Of a DNA stretch of 64,000 nucleotides, positions 50,101-62,900 are shown in pieces. The translations under genes and the position numbers were made by a program. Each line of letters opens with the position of its first letter. Positions within the stretch are counted from its first letter, which is position 1. Source of the DNA: Marsupella aquatica (lineage: Eukaryota > Plantae > Marchantiophyta); contig OZ316895.1 of assembly GCA_973895155.1 (NCBI GenBank), positions 18,051,880 to 18,115,879 of the forward strand, read 5' to 3'. The notes under the pieces were generated by a model, which worked only from the letters and a program-made list of their open reading frames with translations, did not search any database and was not told the origin of the DNA.

Positions 50101-50675
50101 ACCTCTGCCATCGTCAGGAGCAGAGTAAAAGTGTTGATAGTTGGGCAAGATCGTGCGTAGGGCCAGATCCAACCAAAAGCTATCCGCCTTTACTTCCTGT
50201 AGAGCGAGAGCATCTAGGGGCAATTTCAAAGAGGATATCCACTTCATTACAACATTTTTCCGGTCAGGGTCACACTGACCGCAGACGTTCCAAGACACAA
50301 AATTAAAGGGCGCCATCCATATATATGACACCACAAAGGGTATACCACCCATGGCTTAGCCTCCCGTCCCAAGCTGAGCAACACAATTTAAGCAGAGGGG
50401 GTAGAACCAGTGAGAATTCCCGGTAAAATATCAGAGGAACCGTGTACCATGCCAGGGGAGGTGCTGCGAGCTACATCCACCGTCGTATCCACCTCCAGGG
50501 AAGAGCCCTCAGATTGCTTCTTGTGATCACGTTGTCCTGAGGATAAGCAAAGAGGTGGGAAAAGAGGCTCAAGGGACACGCAGGGTGTATGGCTGCTTGA
50601 GATAGGAAACGATTGCAAACAAGATAAAGTAGACCCTAAGCACTTCCTTTCATCCACATCATCACAAGCAAGCAA
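47197..50675 (-). mobile_element. L1-type LINE ORF2 (APE endonuclease and RT), degenerate and 5'-truncated
   Basis: SWNVCG, LQEVK and SDH (EN); KAPGVDG, GVRQGCPLSPLLF, LFADD, KYLG and GGLG (RT). The 5' boundary is approximate and no TSD was found. Confidence 0.9.
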
Positions 50676-51789
50676 GCATGCATGCTTTCGAAACTCAAGC
50701 CATTTACATACTCATATCCAATCACAATCAAAATAACTAGTTCAAGCTTCCCAATGTAATCCTCACAAGTCTAAGCCCAACATTCAATTGGTCACCATTC
50801 CTTTTCCAACACTTGATTGCACACAATCCCTTGCAACCTTCTAAGGTACACAAGTTCAAGTGTACATTCAATGTGGTCAAGTTAAGGGTCACTCTTGGTT
50901 GTGGCTAAGACAAGTGGGACATCCAAAGGTATGCAAGGCATCTCTATGCACCATTCAAACATCCAACTTTCGAAACATGGGAAACTACTTTCGAAAAGTG
51001 ACCTAGGGTTGGTCAACAAACTCCTTAACAAACATGGAATTGACCTTAGTCCCTTCCTCTAGTAGAACCACCAAGTATAATCCACAAACAACCCAATCCA
51101 TCAATCAAAAATGCCTTCACTCTTTACTCTTGCAACTTCCCTCATGCATAATAACTACTTTTGAAAGTACCTTCATTCAACCCATCTACTTTCAAAAACA
51201 CCTTCAAGCTCACAACAACATTCGAAAATGGCATGAAGACATTCATTCTAACCATTCCATCACTCATAGCCAAAGCAAGGCATCAACCCACATCTCAAAA
51301 ACGAGGATACCTCTCCTCTAAATGCATAGCAAGAAGGCACATGTAGCATCATGGCCTCCAAGTAAAAACATGGGTCACAAGCAAGACCCTCCTAGCAAAA
51401 ATGAATCATCACCAAGTCTAATCATCAACCAAGCATTCAAAATCCCTCCATAGCCTATCCAAGCTTCAAAACCCTAGTCTCCTTCTCTCATACTTCCTTC
51501 TATCAACCAAATCTACTTTCGAAGCTTCAAGTCAAGGAGTTTACAAGAGAGTAGTCCTTCTTAGTGAGCCATCTCTAATGCAAGACTCCCAAGCTTCAAC
51601 AAGATTAGGTCTCATCTCCTCTAAGCTTTCGAAAATCTCCTACAAGTCCATTCTCCTCAAAACTTGAAGCAACAAACCTACATTCGAGTATGCCTTCTTG
51701 TGGGCAATCTCTCATGCAAGCTCCTTATACTTCCTACTCACATCCTACCTCCTTCCTAAGGCTTCGAGTCACACTACAACATATTTTGC

Positions 51790-52266
51790 CCTTTTGCGAA
51801 GCTCATTTGCGTCCGGACACACGTTTGCGATTCCAGATGCTTCAAACCGTTGATGACTCAATACGCATCGCAATTTGCGATACTTGTGGTATCGCAACTT
51901 TGGTCTTCCATGCGATTTGCATCGCAAACATTTTGTGAACTTTATTGTATCACAATATTTTGCGAAACTACAGAGATTACAAAACACATTACGAAGGCTC
52001 CGTGACCGCTCCGAAAGTCCGAAACCACGGTAACATTAATGTTGCGAAACAATTAGTATTGGAGGATGTTTGCGAAAAGGTTAGCTTCAAACAATTTGCG
52101 ATGGGTTTGTATGGCAAATGTGCGAAACGATGTGGATGGTAAAGGTGGGATGGTCTGGATATCGCAAAATAGTGAAGCGTATAGTATGGAATAATTGAGA
52201 AACGGTTTAAATGGCAGAATTGCGATTTGGTTGGGATTTGTTTAGTTTCGCAAACAGTTCGCAAAC
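51790..52266. repeat. CACTA subterminal repeats (TTTGCGA / TCGCAAA, both orientations)
   Basis: More than a dozen copies directly inside the CACTA end. Confidence 0.85.
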
Positions 52267-52671
52267 GTTTATGTTAGACTTGTGTGTGCATCTAGGTTAG
52301 AGTTTGAATGGGGGAGGAGGAGGGAGGGAGGTGAAAGGTGAAAGAGGGAGGAAGGGAGTTGGAAGGTGGATGAGGGACGGAGGAAGAAGGGAGTCCAAAG
52401 AGGGTTTACTAAAAATAGGAGAGACTTTAGCGAAGAGGGAGGGAGGAGAAAAAGCTATGGAGTTTTTGGAAGAGGAAGGAGAGTTTGGGTTCAAAGAGGG
52501 AGGAGGGATAAGGGAGGGAGTACCCATGTCACTTATATGCATGACCTCTTTTGAAAGTAGGAGTCCAAAATGAAAATACCTACCACACTAATGGTGTATG
52601 AAATATTAATTAAGAAACAACATGAACAATCCATGATATAGATTTTTGGTTTAAATATCCATAAGTGTCTC

Positions 52672-55600
52672 TCACACTTGGTCACCTTCAATGTCCTCTA
52701 CATCTGACACAAAAATAGTGTCTGGCTTGTCTGAAACAATGGAACGAGACCGTGGCACATATGTGATGACAAGTGACCACTCTGGGTCTAAGGGGTATGG
52801 AACGTAGAAACATTGCTCCAAGTGAGATGGGAAAGTAAATGGCTCTGACGTTTGCCAATGAGATGCTTGAAAACTAGTGGCACTTGTCCTCAACCGTGTA
52901 AACCCACTCTCATCTTGGAGTACAGTGCGATTATTACCAACAAGGTTCACTTTGAACCACTTGCACTTGAAGACATACTCCTCAAACTTAGATTGGTTGT
53001 CATATGAGACCACCAAAATCTCCTCTATCTTCCCATAGTGTGGCACAACATCACGAACAATGTTCCTGTCATGTCGGCTACTCCGGGAGTCCTGACAAAA
53101 CTGCCCTTGAACTCCACAATCAAAAGTACGAGCCCTCTTCTCATCAAGGGAAGAAATCCTGAAATTAACAAGACCCATATATTGTTACTACTACACAAAA
53201 AACACTAATCATGTTATGAGGAACCTTTCATACCAAAAGAGAAAAACACACTTATCTTAAGTAAAATGATTACTATATCTTAAGTAGTAGTACATGAATA
53301 TGGAAAACAAGGTTAGGAACTAGTGAAACCTGAAGTGTCTCCCTTGGGTCCACATGGCCGTCTTGGATGTTACCACTCTCAAAGGGCCATGAACAATGGT
53401 CCAAATGTCATTTGTCATAGTAGGAAACTGTGAGACATCTCCTCCTTGTGCCAAAATGCCATCCAACTCAACCAACTTTTCCTTCATAAACTCATGCAAC
53501 TTAGGAAAAATCCTTGCCCTTTGACTCATTCTTTTGGCATTGTCATAAAACTCCCTCCATTCATCCATGACATTGCTATTACTCAACATGAATGTATTCA
53601 ACTGTGTCCACTCTGTTGATGTAAGCATGCGTGTTTTTGTTGCTCCTATTAAACGGTCCTCCTCCTCTTGCCTCTCCTCCATCCAAGTACGTGGTAAAGT
53701 CCGATCAATGGTGGCCAAGATGTTACTACAATAAAACATGCTCTCTGCAGCCAAGTATCCTGTAGCTATGCTTCCCTCCACTCGTGCACGGTTATGTACA
53801 TAAGCCTTCAAGACTGACATGTAACGCTCAAGCCAGTACATCCATCGACAATGAACTGGACCAGCAATGGCAACCTCCCTCACAAGATGCACAAGTAAAT
53901 GAACCTGACAATCAAAGAAGGAAGGAGGGAGGGCCTTCTCCAACTTGCAAACCACCTCAGCAGCCAATACCTCCATTCCAGGAATCTCTTCCACATATAT
54001 CTCCTTTGAGCATATCCATCTCAACAAATGACCCAATGACCAAATGGCATCTTGCACTTCTTTGGTCCCCAACCCTATAATTGCCACTGGCAATATATGC
54101 TGCAATAAGCGGTGATAGTCATGTGTCTTGAGATACCGTGGCCATTTGTGATTGTCCTCCATCCAAAAGCTTTCCTCAAATTGGCACCATAGCCTATAGG
54201 AAACCGCATCTCCCCTATACGATTCCGGAATTCACGTCTTTGGCCAACACTAAGCACCCAAGGAGCAGAAGGACGATGTTCCAAACCTGTGGCAGGATCA
54301 ACTTGTACCCATACATCTGGATGCATTTCCAACTCTTCACATGCCTCCCTGAAGTTAGTGTCCTTCTCCCCATAAAAATGAGCTATCAACGCCTTCCCCA
54401 CATTTCCCTCTATGTGCATGGGGTCTAAAAGATGGCGGATCTTCAACTCTGACCAATAGGGCAAACTGGCTAGTATACTCCACCTCGTCAACCCAGTACC
54501 ATCAAAGGTGAGGGGATCATCAGGGTCTGCCACCCTATCAGCTAGTGACTTCCAATGCCCAAAAGTTGTTGGTTCCGGAATTTCCCGCATATCACCAAGG
54601 GGCATGTCAAAGGAGGAAAATAAAAGTGGGTCAGACCTCATCTCATGCCCCATCGGAAGAAACTTTGTATGCCCAATGTAAACAATCTTCCTAAGCCATG
54701 GGGACCAAATTGCCATATCTTGCAATTGTGGACCACAGGTGGAGCAAGCTTTGTACCCCTGAGTTTGCAATCCAGAGACAAAGCCAAACCCTGGTTACAC
54801 CAAAAATAAAACCAAACTAAATGTTAGGGTTGTCACATGACAAACAAGTATATTAAAGAGCATATCAAAGAAGGGTGGCATATGGTCAAAAAGTCATCTT
54901 ACCAGGATAGTCATGCATTGTCCAACAAACTACCCCTCTCAATTTAAATACACGTGGAATGCCTCCTGTATTTTTCCTGCCATCATATGCCCACACTCCA
55001 CCCCACAGTTTTTGGAGTTCTCCAATCAATAGTGCCAAATAAGTGTCAAAGTTCTTCACCTTTTTTGGACCTGGAATAATCAAAGACAGCAAGAGGAACC
55101 CCTTCTTCATGGATAGCCATGGTGGAAGGTTGTAATTCATCACAACCACAGGCCAAACTGATGTAGGTCTTCCCTTGCCTCCAAGGGCATGAGGACTAAC
55201 CCCATCAGATGCCAATCCCAACCTCACATGACGAGGATCATGTGCAAAGTCTGGCCATGTTTCCTCAATATGTTTGACTGCAGGAGAGTCAATTGGCAAC
55301 CGCATAACACCAGGCTCTGATCGATGAGTCTTATGCCATACCATCAACTCTGCCAAATCAGAACACCTGTACATGTGCAACAACCAAGGAATGATGGGAA
55401 ACCAACGAACAGCTTTTCTTGGCACCTTCTTTGTAATCATGTTGGGGTCATACCGTGGCTCATGACATTCAGCACACTGTGTCTTCTTCTCATCGGCCCC
55501 ATGAAATGACATGCAATCATTCACACATGCATGAATGATATGATATTCCATGCCAATTGATGAGAGAACACGCTTGGCCTCCTTCCAAGTTCCTGGCAAC

Positions 55601-57382
55601 ACATTGCCAGAAGGTAACATAAGGTCATGGAAAAGTGCAAACATATCAGATAACAAGGCATTGCTTGCCTTGTGTTTGGCCTGTAGATTCATCAACCCCA
55701 AGATAGCAGAAAGATGACTCAAATGAGCACCCTCATAGATAGGAGTTCGGGCATGTTCCTCTGCTTCCTCCCATTGGCGCTGTCCCTCGGGGGTATGTCT
55801 TGGTCGTGGATCATTGGGGGGCACATGACCTCCTTGATCAGCAGACACCTCAGCATCATCACCAGGGACGTCAACACCAAACCAATCAACCATAAAATCA
55901 TCCATGGCTCTATCTTGGTCATCAATAACCTGTTCATATGTTCTGGGTACATTGCGATCAGGGTTGTTGCTTCCACTGTCACTTGATGAGGAATGTGACC
56001 CAGAGCCTTGTCCTTCTTCCGGCATACCCATTTCCCGATATGCTGCTCTCAATCTCTGCGGTAACATATTTTGAGAGGGTCGCACATTCTAAAAACAATG
56101 CAAACAATTGAAAGTTACAAAGCAAATAGTTACAACATGTAGAAGAATATATGGGGGTGTGCAAACATGAAATAATATCGGTACTGGTGTAAATACAAAA
56201 TGTGGCCAAACGCCATGTGTATGGTCATTTTCTAATCCCACACATAGTGAGTAAACAACTCATCACCTGAGTGAATGGTCCTAGTAGCTACAACCAGACA
56301 ATGGTCATGATGATATGTCTGGCCATAAGGGGCTGGTGGAGGACCCTCAATGAAAACCCACTCACAATTTTGCCTACGCTTGGGGCGAGTCCCCACAGTA
56401 CTGTTTATGAAACCAGCTATATTCCCAGTTTGTATGGGGTCCCCATCTATCACCCGCTGCTCACTATACCTCCTAGTGTTTCCATCAAAAGTATCTAACT
56501 CCAAGGCATAAGTTTTCCACTCAGGATGTTGTGCAAGGATCATGTTCCAATGTCTTCTCTTGTAGATGGGTCCACCATAAGGAAACAACGTAGGTCCTTC
56601 TCGACCGCGTCCACCACTACCACTCTCGGTATCCACAATGATGTCTTCACAAGCAAAAACTCCATAGCCATGTCTATCCCCAAGTGTGGAAGGTTTGATA
56701 ACCCAACGTCTTCCCCAAACCTCTACCTCCTCACCATAGGAAAGCTCTTGTGGCAAACCAAGAGTCTGGGGATCCCAGTCCTTGATGATAGGAACACATC
56801 TGCCAGTAAACTCACAATCACCCCACCTACCGGTAACCACTGCCTTGTACAAATCAGTATCCCCTCGGGGCCGTCTCTTGGAACGCTTTCTCTCTCTTGG
56901 GACAACAGGCTCACCCCCAACTGCCCTAGGACTGGAGGGGGCTGTTGCTAGACCCAAGGCTTGTGAGAATGCATTGCCTATAGCATCTAGAACACCTTGT
57001 GATGGGACATAAGGTGCTGATGCCGCAGGTCTAGGCCTACTAGATACCTATTCCACCCAAACCAAAACAAACAACAAGAGGTGTGAAATTAAAAACCTTC
57101 ACCATTGCGATGTGGAAATAGGGTAGAAACTAAGGCGTAAACACTTACCACATGGGATGAGGAAGCCCTTGTTGTATGACGTCCGTAACGTCCATATCTC
57201 TCAATATGCTGGGTGCATATATAGGACTTTTGGGAAACCTGACCCACGCATTTGGCACATTGGCAAAGCTGACGGGGTGGACCACGAGGAGGAGGTGCAG
57301 TCGTGTGAGGTTGAGGAGGAGGTGGTATATCTTCATCGGAGGAGGAAGAATCTGTGGTGGAGATCTTAGAAGATGAAGACAT
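52672..57382 (-). pseudogene. tnpD: CACTA TnpD/Tnp2 transposase; predicted exons 57382-57149, 56088-54903, 54790-53330 and 53158-52672; one frameshift near 54165
   Basis: HACVNDC, RHVRLGLASDG, SVWPV..YNLPPW, DYPG|FGFVSG, LDPMHIEGN, LKTHDYH, HLLVHL..GPVHCRWMY..ERYM and FKCKWF. The GT-AG introns keep the frame. Confidence 0.9.
56232..57047 (-). CDS. SET-domain (lysine methyltransferase-like) exon, predicted to splice to exon 57382-57149
   Basis: SET motifs in the correct order: GYGVFACEDI, PYGG, AGFINS..NC and VATRTIHSGDELFTHY. The frame is open from the AG acceptor ending at 57048 to the stop at 56232. Confidence 0.85.
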   Translation of the reverse strand, partial: VSSRPRPAASAPYVPSQGVLDAIGNAFSQALGLATAPSSPRAVGGEPVVPRERKRSKRRPRGDTDLYKAVVTGRWGDCEFTGRCVPIIKDWDPQTLGLPQELSYGEEVEVWGRRWVIKPSTLGDRHGYGVFACEDIIVDTESGSGGRGREGPTLFPYGGPIYKRRHWNMILAQHPEWKTYALELDTFDGNTRRYSEQRVIDGDPIQTGNIAGFINSTVGTRPKRRQNCEWVFIEGPPPAPYGQTYHHDHCLVVATRTIHSGDELFTHYVWD

Positions 57383-58747
57383 TGCCCCTACAAAGATGTA
57401 TAATTTGCAAGTTAGGGGTTATTACCAAATAACATCACAATATCAAGCTGGACAAATGTAACTTCTCAAGTAATGATGACATGAAACCAAACACAAAAGG
57501 AACACTAAAAAATACCTTTCTGAGACCCAGGCTCAGCGGTGCCAATAGGTCTTGTGGCTCTAAAATAATGAACCGAATCTGGAAGTATGAGAAAAGCTGC
57601 AAGTACACAAAGCGAACACCTTACATACATGTCCTCTTTATAGATAGTGGGAACCAAAAATTTTAATTACATGAATAAGCCTAACTAGACCCATCTATTT
57701 TAGTCCGTACCTCCAGATGCCCGGGCTCTCACGATGCATACGCATTAGCTAGTATCAATTCATGCAAAAGTGCCGCACCCTGCAAGTTGTCATAGCTCCT
57801 CCTCCTTTGTTAGCATAAAACCCATGGAAAAACCATTAAAACCCAAAAGATCCATAAAACCCATTAAAACCCATAAAACCCATGGTAAAACAACTAAAAC
57901 ATTAATCTCATCTAACCTTGCTTTGCCTTTTCCAAACCCTCACCCCCAAACCTCTGACCTATTACAAAAACCTAGACCCTCACTCCCAATCCCCTTCCTC
58001 TCTTTTGTTTTAAACCCTAAACCCTTGCTTGAACCCTAAAAGCCTACAACCATAAATGCAAACCCTGCTTAAACCCAAAATTAAAGACTTAAACCCTAAA
58101 CCCAAACCCAACTTTAATCCTAAACCCTTTCCTCACTTATTAATTTAAAACCAAAACCCAACTCTTATCAAAATTAGCCTACACCCACACCATGTATAGC
58201 TTAAAAAACGGAAGGTTTGACTGGTAATCTCGCTTTTAACCCCTAAAAAAACCAGCTTCATCCAAGACCCAACCCTAACAAACGCCGGGATTTGAAACGG
58301 CGGAATTTCTTAATTACACAAAAGGGCATAGTATAACTTACATGGCCTAAACAAAAGGAGGAGGGAAAGAATGTGAAAAAAAATTCGCCAGGAATTGCCA
58401 CGATATTGAGAACCGACCTGCTTCGCAACCTGCTTCAGAATTTGGTCACATTATTTGCGAAGCAAAATGTTTCGCACCAGCTTCGGAAAAACAGAGCCCG
58501 AGAGCGTTTTTTTGCGTCTCTGCAGCTTTGCGAAGGCTTTGCAAAGCGTGTGGTTTCGCATTGGTTTTGGAAAGTTGAGATACTAGTTGCGAAGCGGGCT
58601 GATTTGCAAATTGCGATGCGGACTGCGTCACAAATGTGTTTTTTCTGGGCATTCGGACCTTCCTGCCGGGTTACGAGGCCCATTTGACGTTTTTTGAAGT
58701 GAGGGAGGGCAGGAGGAGAGCTTGCGCGCGCTTGGTGTTGGATAGCT

Positions 58748-59767
58748 ATGGATTCTAGTGGAGGGCGTGGAGGGGATGGGGCAGGGGCAAGTGGGAGTGG
58801 GAGTGGCAATGGCAATGGAGGGAACAGGAATGAGGAGAGTAATCAATGGATGAATTTGATGGCCGAGCATCTCAATGCCACACAGCTGAGCCATTTGGAT
58901 TTGAGTACACCAGCTGGGATTGCTTCTTTGAGTGCAATTCTAGGGCAAGCTTTGCAAACCGGGGTTGTAGCAGGGCAGGCTCAGAGGGAGAAAGAGGCAA
59001 AGGCTGTAGCTGAGGAGAAGGCCAGAGAGAAGAAACGAAAGAAGGAGGAGAGGGCTAAGGCAGGAGTACTCTCTCCTACAGCCCTCAAAAAGAAGAGGAG
59101 AAGGGAGGAACGAGATGAGATTCGAGCACAACGTGAGGCGCAGCGGAAAAAGGAGGAAGAGAGGAAGAAGCTGCCATTGATTGCCTTGGTTGAGGCATTC
59201 CTACTGAGTTGGCCTACACTGGGGCAAAGAGCACTATCAGGCTTGCTGTGAGGACTAGCTTTGCACGAGGTGTTGAGTGGGGGAAACTAAGCAGAGCAGA
59301 GCAGAGGAAAGTAATGACTTAGGTCAAAGATTCATTCAGAAATGGAGCAGAGATTGATGACCAGTGGCTTGCAGATAGAATTTCGAATTCAATGTCTCAA
59401 GCACGATACCATGATAGGAGGAAGGTGAGGGCCTACCTGGCAAGCTTGCAGGAGTACAGGAACGTGAGGAGGCCAGTGCAATTCACAGAGGATGTGTGGA
59501 ACGCGTTCTATAAGGTCGAGGTGCAGCTGAAAGCAGCCAAGGACCTCCAATTCTGGAAGGAGAAGGAGGCCAAGGCACTTCAGACCGGGAAGTCAGACCA
59601 AGACCTCAAGGCATTGGCTGAGAAGGTCTCTCAGTTGCAGCACATCGTGGATGAAGTGGGGACACCACCCCAGAAGTTCATCCTTGCAGCAGACCGAGTC
59701 AGCAAACGCCCCAAGACCACACACTAGATGGGGCAAGGTGGACTTCCCGGCCTGAAAGCAACCTTCG
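58748..59767 (+). pseudogene. TnpA/Transposase_24-like accessory gene, first exon, with a frameshift and stops
   Basis: Basic coiled region, RRPVQFTEDVWNAF, then RVSKRPKTTH*MGQGGLPGLKATF followed by a GTGAGT donor. Confidence 0.55.
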
Positions 59768-59945
59768 TGAGTCCTCTCCCCTCCTCCCCTGCTTCTTTTC
59801 CTTTGCCTTCAATTGTTGTTTGCTTGCCTGCAATGCCCCTCGCAGACCTTTGCTTTACCCCTTATGGCCTCCCCTTTCGTTTTAGGTCACCCTGACACAT
59901 TGCGTGCCTTAGCCATTTCTCGGATTTTTTTAAAAGCACAGTTTG

Positions 59946-62900
59946 TGTGGTGCGTCCCATGGCTCCCTAAACCCAAGAAACCCCCCTGCTCAAGCCGATT
60001 CCCGCAGGTTTCGTGCTTGGCGAGGCCGTTTCCGCGGCTTAGCGGCATGGGACGCTGCTAACCTTCTACTACTACTATTAACATTTTACACACATATACT
60101 GGACAGATCCTTCATCGGGTCATGAGATACGTAGCTGGCCTAATATAGGCCTTCCCCTGTCTTCCCCTGTCTTCCCCTCCGTCTTGTTAGGTATGTTTGG
60201 ATTCCGCCGCCGGAATGATCCCCAATAGGCTTGGTTAAGCCGCTAAGACCTCTCTTAGCTCGACACATCCAACTCTCACTCCCCTGCTTACTTTCCTTCC
60301 TTCTGTTGATGTGGGCACTCTTCACACAAGTTAATGCGACACACAAATAGCAAAATGACTCATTCTGACTGAGTCATACCATGCACTTGCCATACAAACA
60401 GTACATCTCATACACAAGTTCTGCGAACTAAGCCGTGAGGCCAACTCTATTCAGCTCTTAGGCATGAGGAAACATGAATATACACAAGGGTCACTGTATG
60501 ACTAACCGAGAGCTTCTCGTACTACTTGATCCCAGCCCGGCTGGTGCAAACTAAAAACTTGCTAAAGAAGAGGCCCTGAGCTCCCCGCTGCCCAGGTACT
60601 TATCCTGGTAGTGGATCCGCCATTCTTTGCATCGTAAGCCTAATCTACTTAACAGTAATCTACTTGCCCGAATCTACCTATGTACAGCAAGGCAGGAGCA
60701 CAAGTGTTGCTCCTACCAGTGGGACCGCAATCCCACTAAGCTAAGTGTCAGGGCCGCTCCTGGTTCTGATCCTAATCCTAAACGTGGAGATCCGCGCCCG
60801 CCCTGCCCACTCACGCCTCCTCCCTCCACGTCCGCCCTCCCTAAAAGGAACGGCGCCCTTGCACCGTCACGACACCGGTGGTGGATCCTTAATGGACGCC
60901 CCCAACGCTTCCTCCTCAGCCACTGCCGTAGGCTCATTCCCTGACAGATTACCTGCCCTTGATTGACTCAACTCTCCATCGGCCTGACTGGGTCCACCAT
61001 CGGCGTCGGCATCGGCTCGAGAATCGGTTACGGCCTCAGCCTCGGCTACGGTCTCCCCGGCCTGCTCAAGAGGCGGATCTGGAATACTGGCCTCCTTACT
61101 GAGTAGTTCGGCTTGGGCCGCACCATCCCTACCTGTGATCATAGCGGGATCTATTGTCGTATTCATGTCGGAGGATGGTGCTGGTTCTACCTCTTTGGTC
61201 ACCACGGCTTGTGGAGTCGGATTACTCCTTGACCCTGAAGGTTTCCGCTTTTTCTTCTTTTCTGGTTCGGCAGCTGGTCCCTTCCCCTTCCCACTTACCT
61301 CCGGCACTGGTGCAGTTGGCGCGGCTTTTTCTTCGGCCAGTACCACTCCTGGTAACTTGGTTGCCCCAATTGGAGTTGGGCCTGATGAAGACAAGCACCT
61401 AAATACTGCGGCTTGTTTCTTCAGCCGCTCCGTTTGGTTGTCGGCCCGCCGCTGGAGGTTCTCCATCTTTCTCGTGATTTCCTCCAACTCCTCCTGGGTC
61501 TCATCCAGGTCCTTGCGTGCCTCCTCTAGTTCCTTCTGGGCTTCCTCCCGTTCTTGTTTCAAGGTAGTCCTCTCCTCCTGGGTTGCTTTTAGCTCCTTGT
61601 CGAGCTCTGCAATGATGACAGACTCCATCTGGTTTATCTTGGCGTAAGTCTGTTCGAGCATCTCGTCCTTCTCCCTTAGGTCGGCTTGAAGCTGGCCGTC
61701 AGGGACGCAAGCTCCTGCTGCAGCGCCATAATCCCTTGATAGGATTTCCCTAACTCGGCCTCCTTCTACTCAAGGGCTCCGCGGATTTTCTCGAGCTCCC
61801 CTTTCAACGCCCATTCCTTTCTTTGGGTCTCCGCCATGGCCCGGCTGTTGGCTGTTATGTGGGCCTCCTCTGTATTCTTCAGCTCTTGCTTCCACTTCTC
61901 CCTCTCTTTGATCGTGTCGGCCAACTCTTCCTGCGTCTGAGTCAGTTTATCCTTGATATTCTGATTATCAGCCTGCGCGGTGTCCAACTGCCCCTGCATG
62001 ATGTTCAGCTCATGTCGTTTAATCCGTAGTTCATCTTGGGCTTTCTTGGCCGTCCTTAGATCTTCAATCTTGGCTTCCATCCTCCTAAGCCGCCGAATGA
62101 CCTCGTCCTTCTTGCTTCTCTCTAAAGCCACCGCTTCTTCTAATTGGTGCTTCTCCAACTGCTCCCTATGGAAAAAGGGTCCTACCTCCAACTCCTCTCC
62201 GTCGGTAGGAGCTTGAGGCAATTCTGCCTCAGATTCGGAGCTTGAGGTTCCCACGTACATTCGAACACCTGGCTTGGATTCCGGCCTGATTCTCTCCTTG
62301 TCTCCAGCAAAGGGGTTTTCTCTTGTGAGCCGGTGTAGGCCTACCTCTGTAGTAGTGTCCTGCATTGTTGCCGTTGCCGTTGTTGTTGCCGATGCCGATT
62401 TCTTTTCTTTCTCCAGTAGTTTCAGCAGACTCTGCATGCCTGGTTGCTGCATCGGCAAGTCCTCCTTCCTGGGCCTAAACACCTGCTCGATCGTAGGACT
62501 AACAGGTGGTTGAGGCTTCTCAGCCAACGGCCTCGGCGTTGGAGCTTCCTCGGGTGCCCTTACCTGCAGGGGAAGTACCGGGGCAAAAGTCTGACCTCTG
62601 GCATACCGGCACAACAGCGGCATGTGATAGCCCAGCCGCGATACGCTCCCCATGCCGATTACCTGCTGCTCCTCCTTTAAGATCTTCTTCAATTGGTTGA
62701 GGAGGTACCCGTTGTAGTCCCGGCTTGGGTCTGGCCTTTCTGCCAGATAGACCTGTGCCTTGCCGATCTCTGCCCTCGGCAAGTTACAATGCATGGTCAC
62801 CCGCAAGAAGTCGATCATCTCTCCTATGTGCGGGTTGGTGCAGGTGTTCCGGAAGAAGCCATTCTTTGTTGATGGCCCGGGGAACGACCGGAACTCCTTG

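Larger units (their letters stand above)
51772..59945. mobile_element. CACTA/EnSpm DNA transposon; right end outside the window
   Basis: Terminus CACTACAACA at 51772, subterminal repeats, a Tnp2/TnpD transposase and a TnpA-like gene. Confidence 0.88.

Noticed and set aside
52297-52573. Pro-rich or Gly/Glu-rich short ORFs
   Set aside because: Products of a low-complexity purine-rich tract inside the CACTA end.
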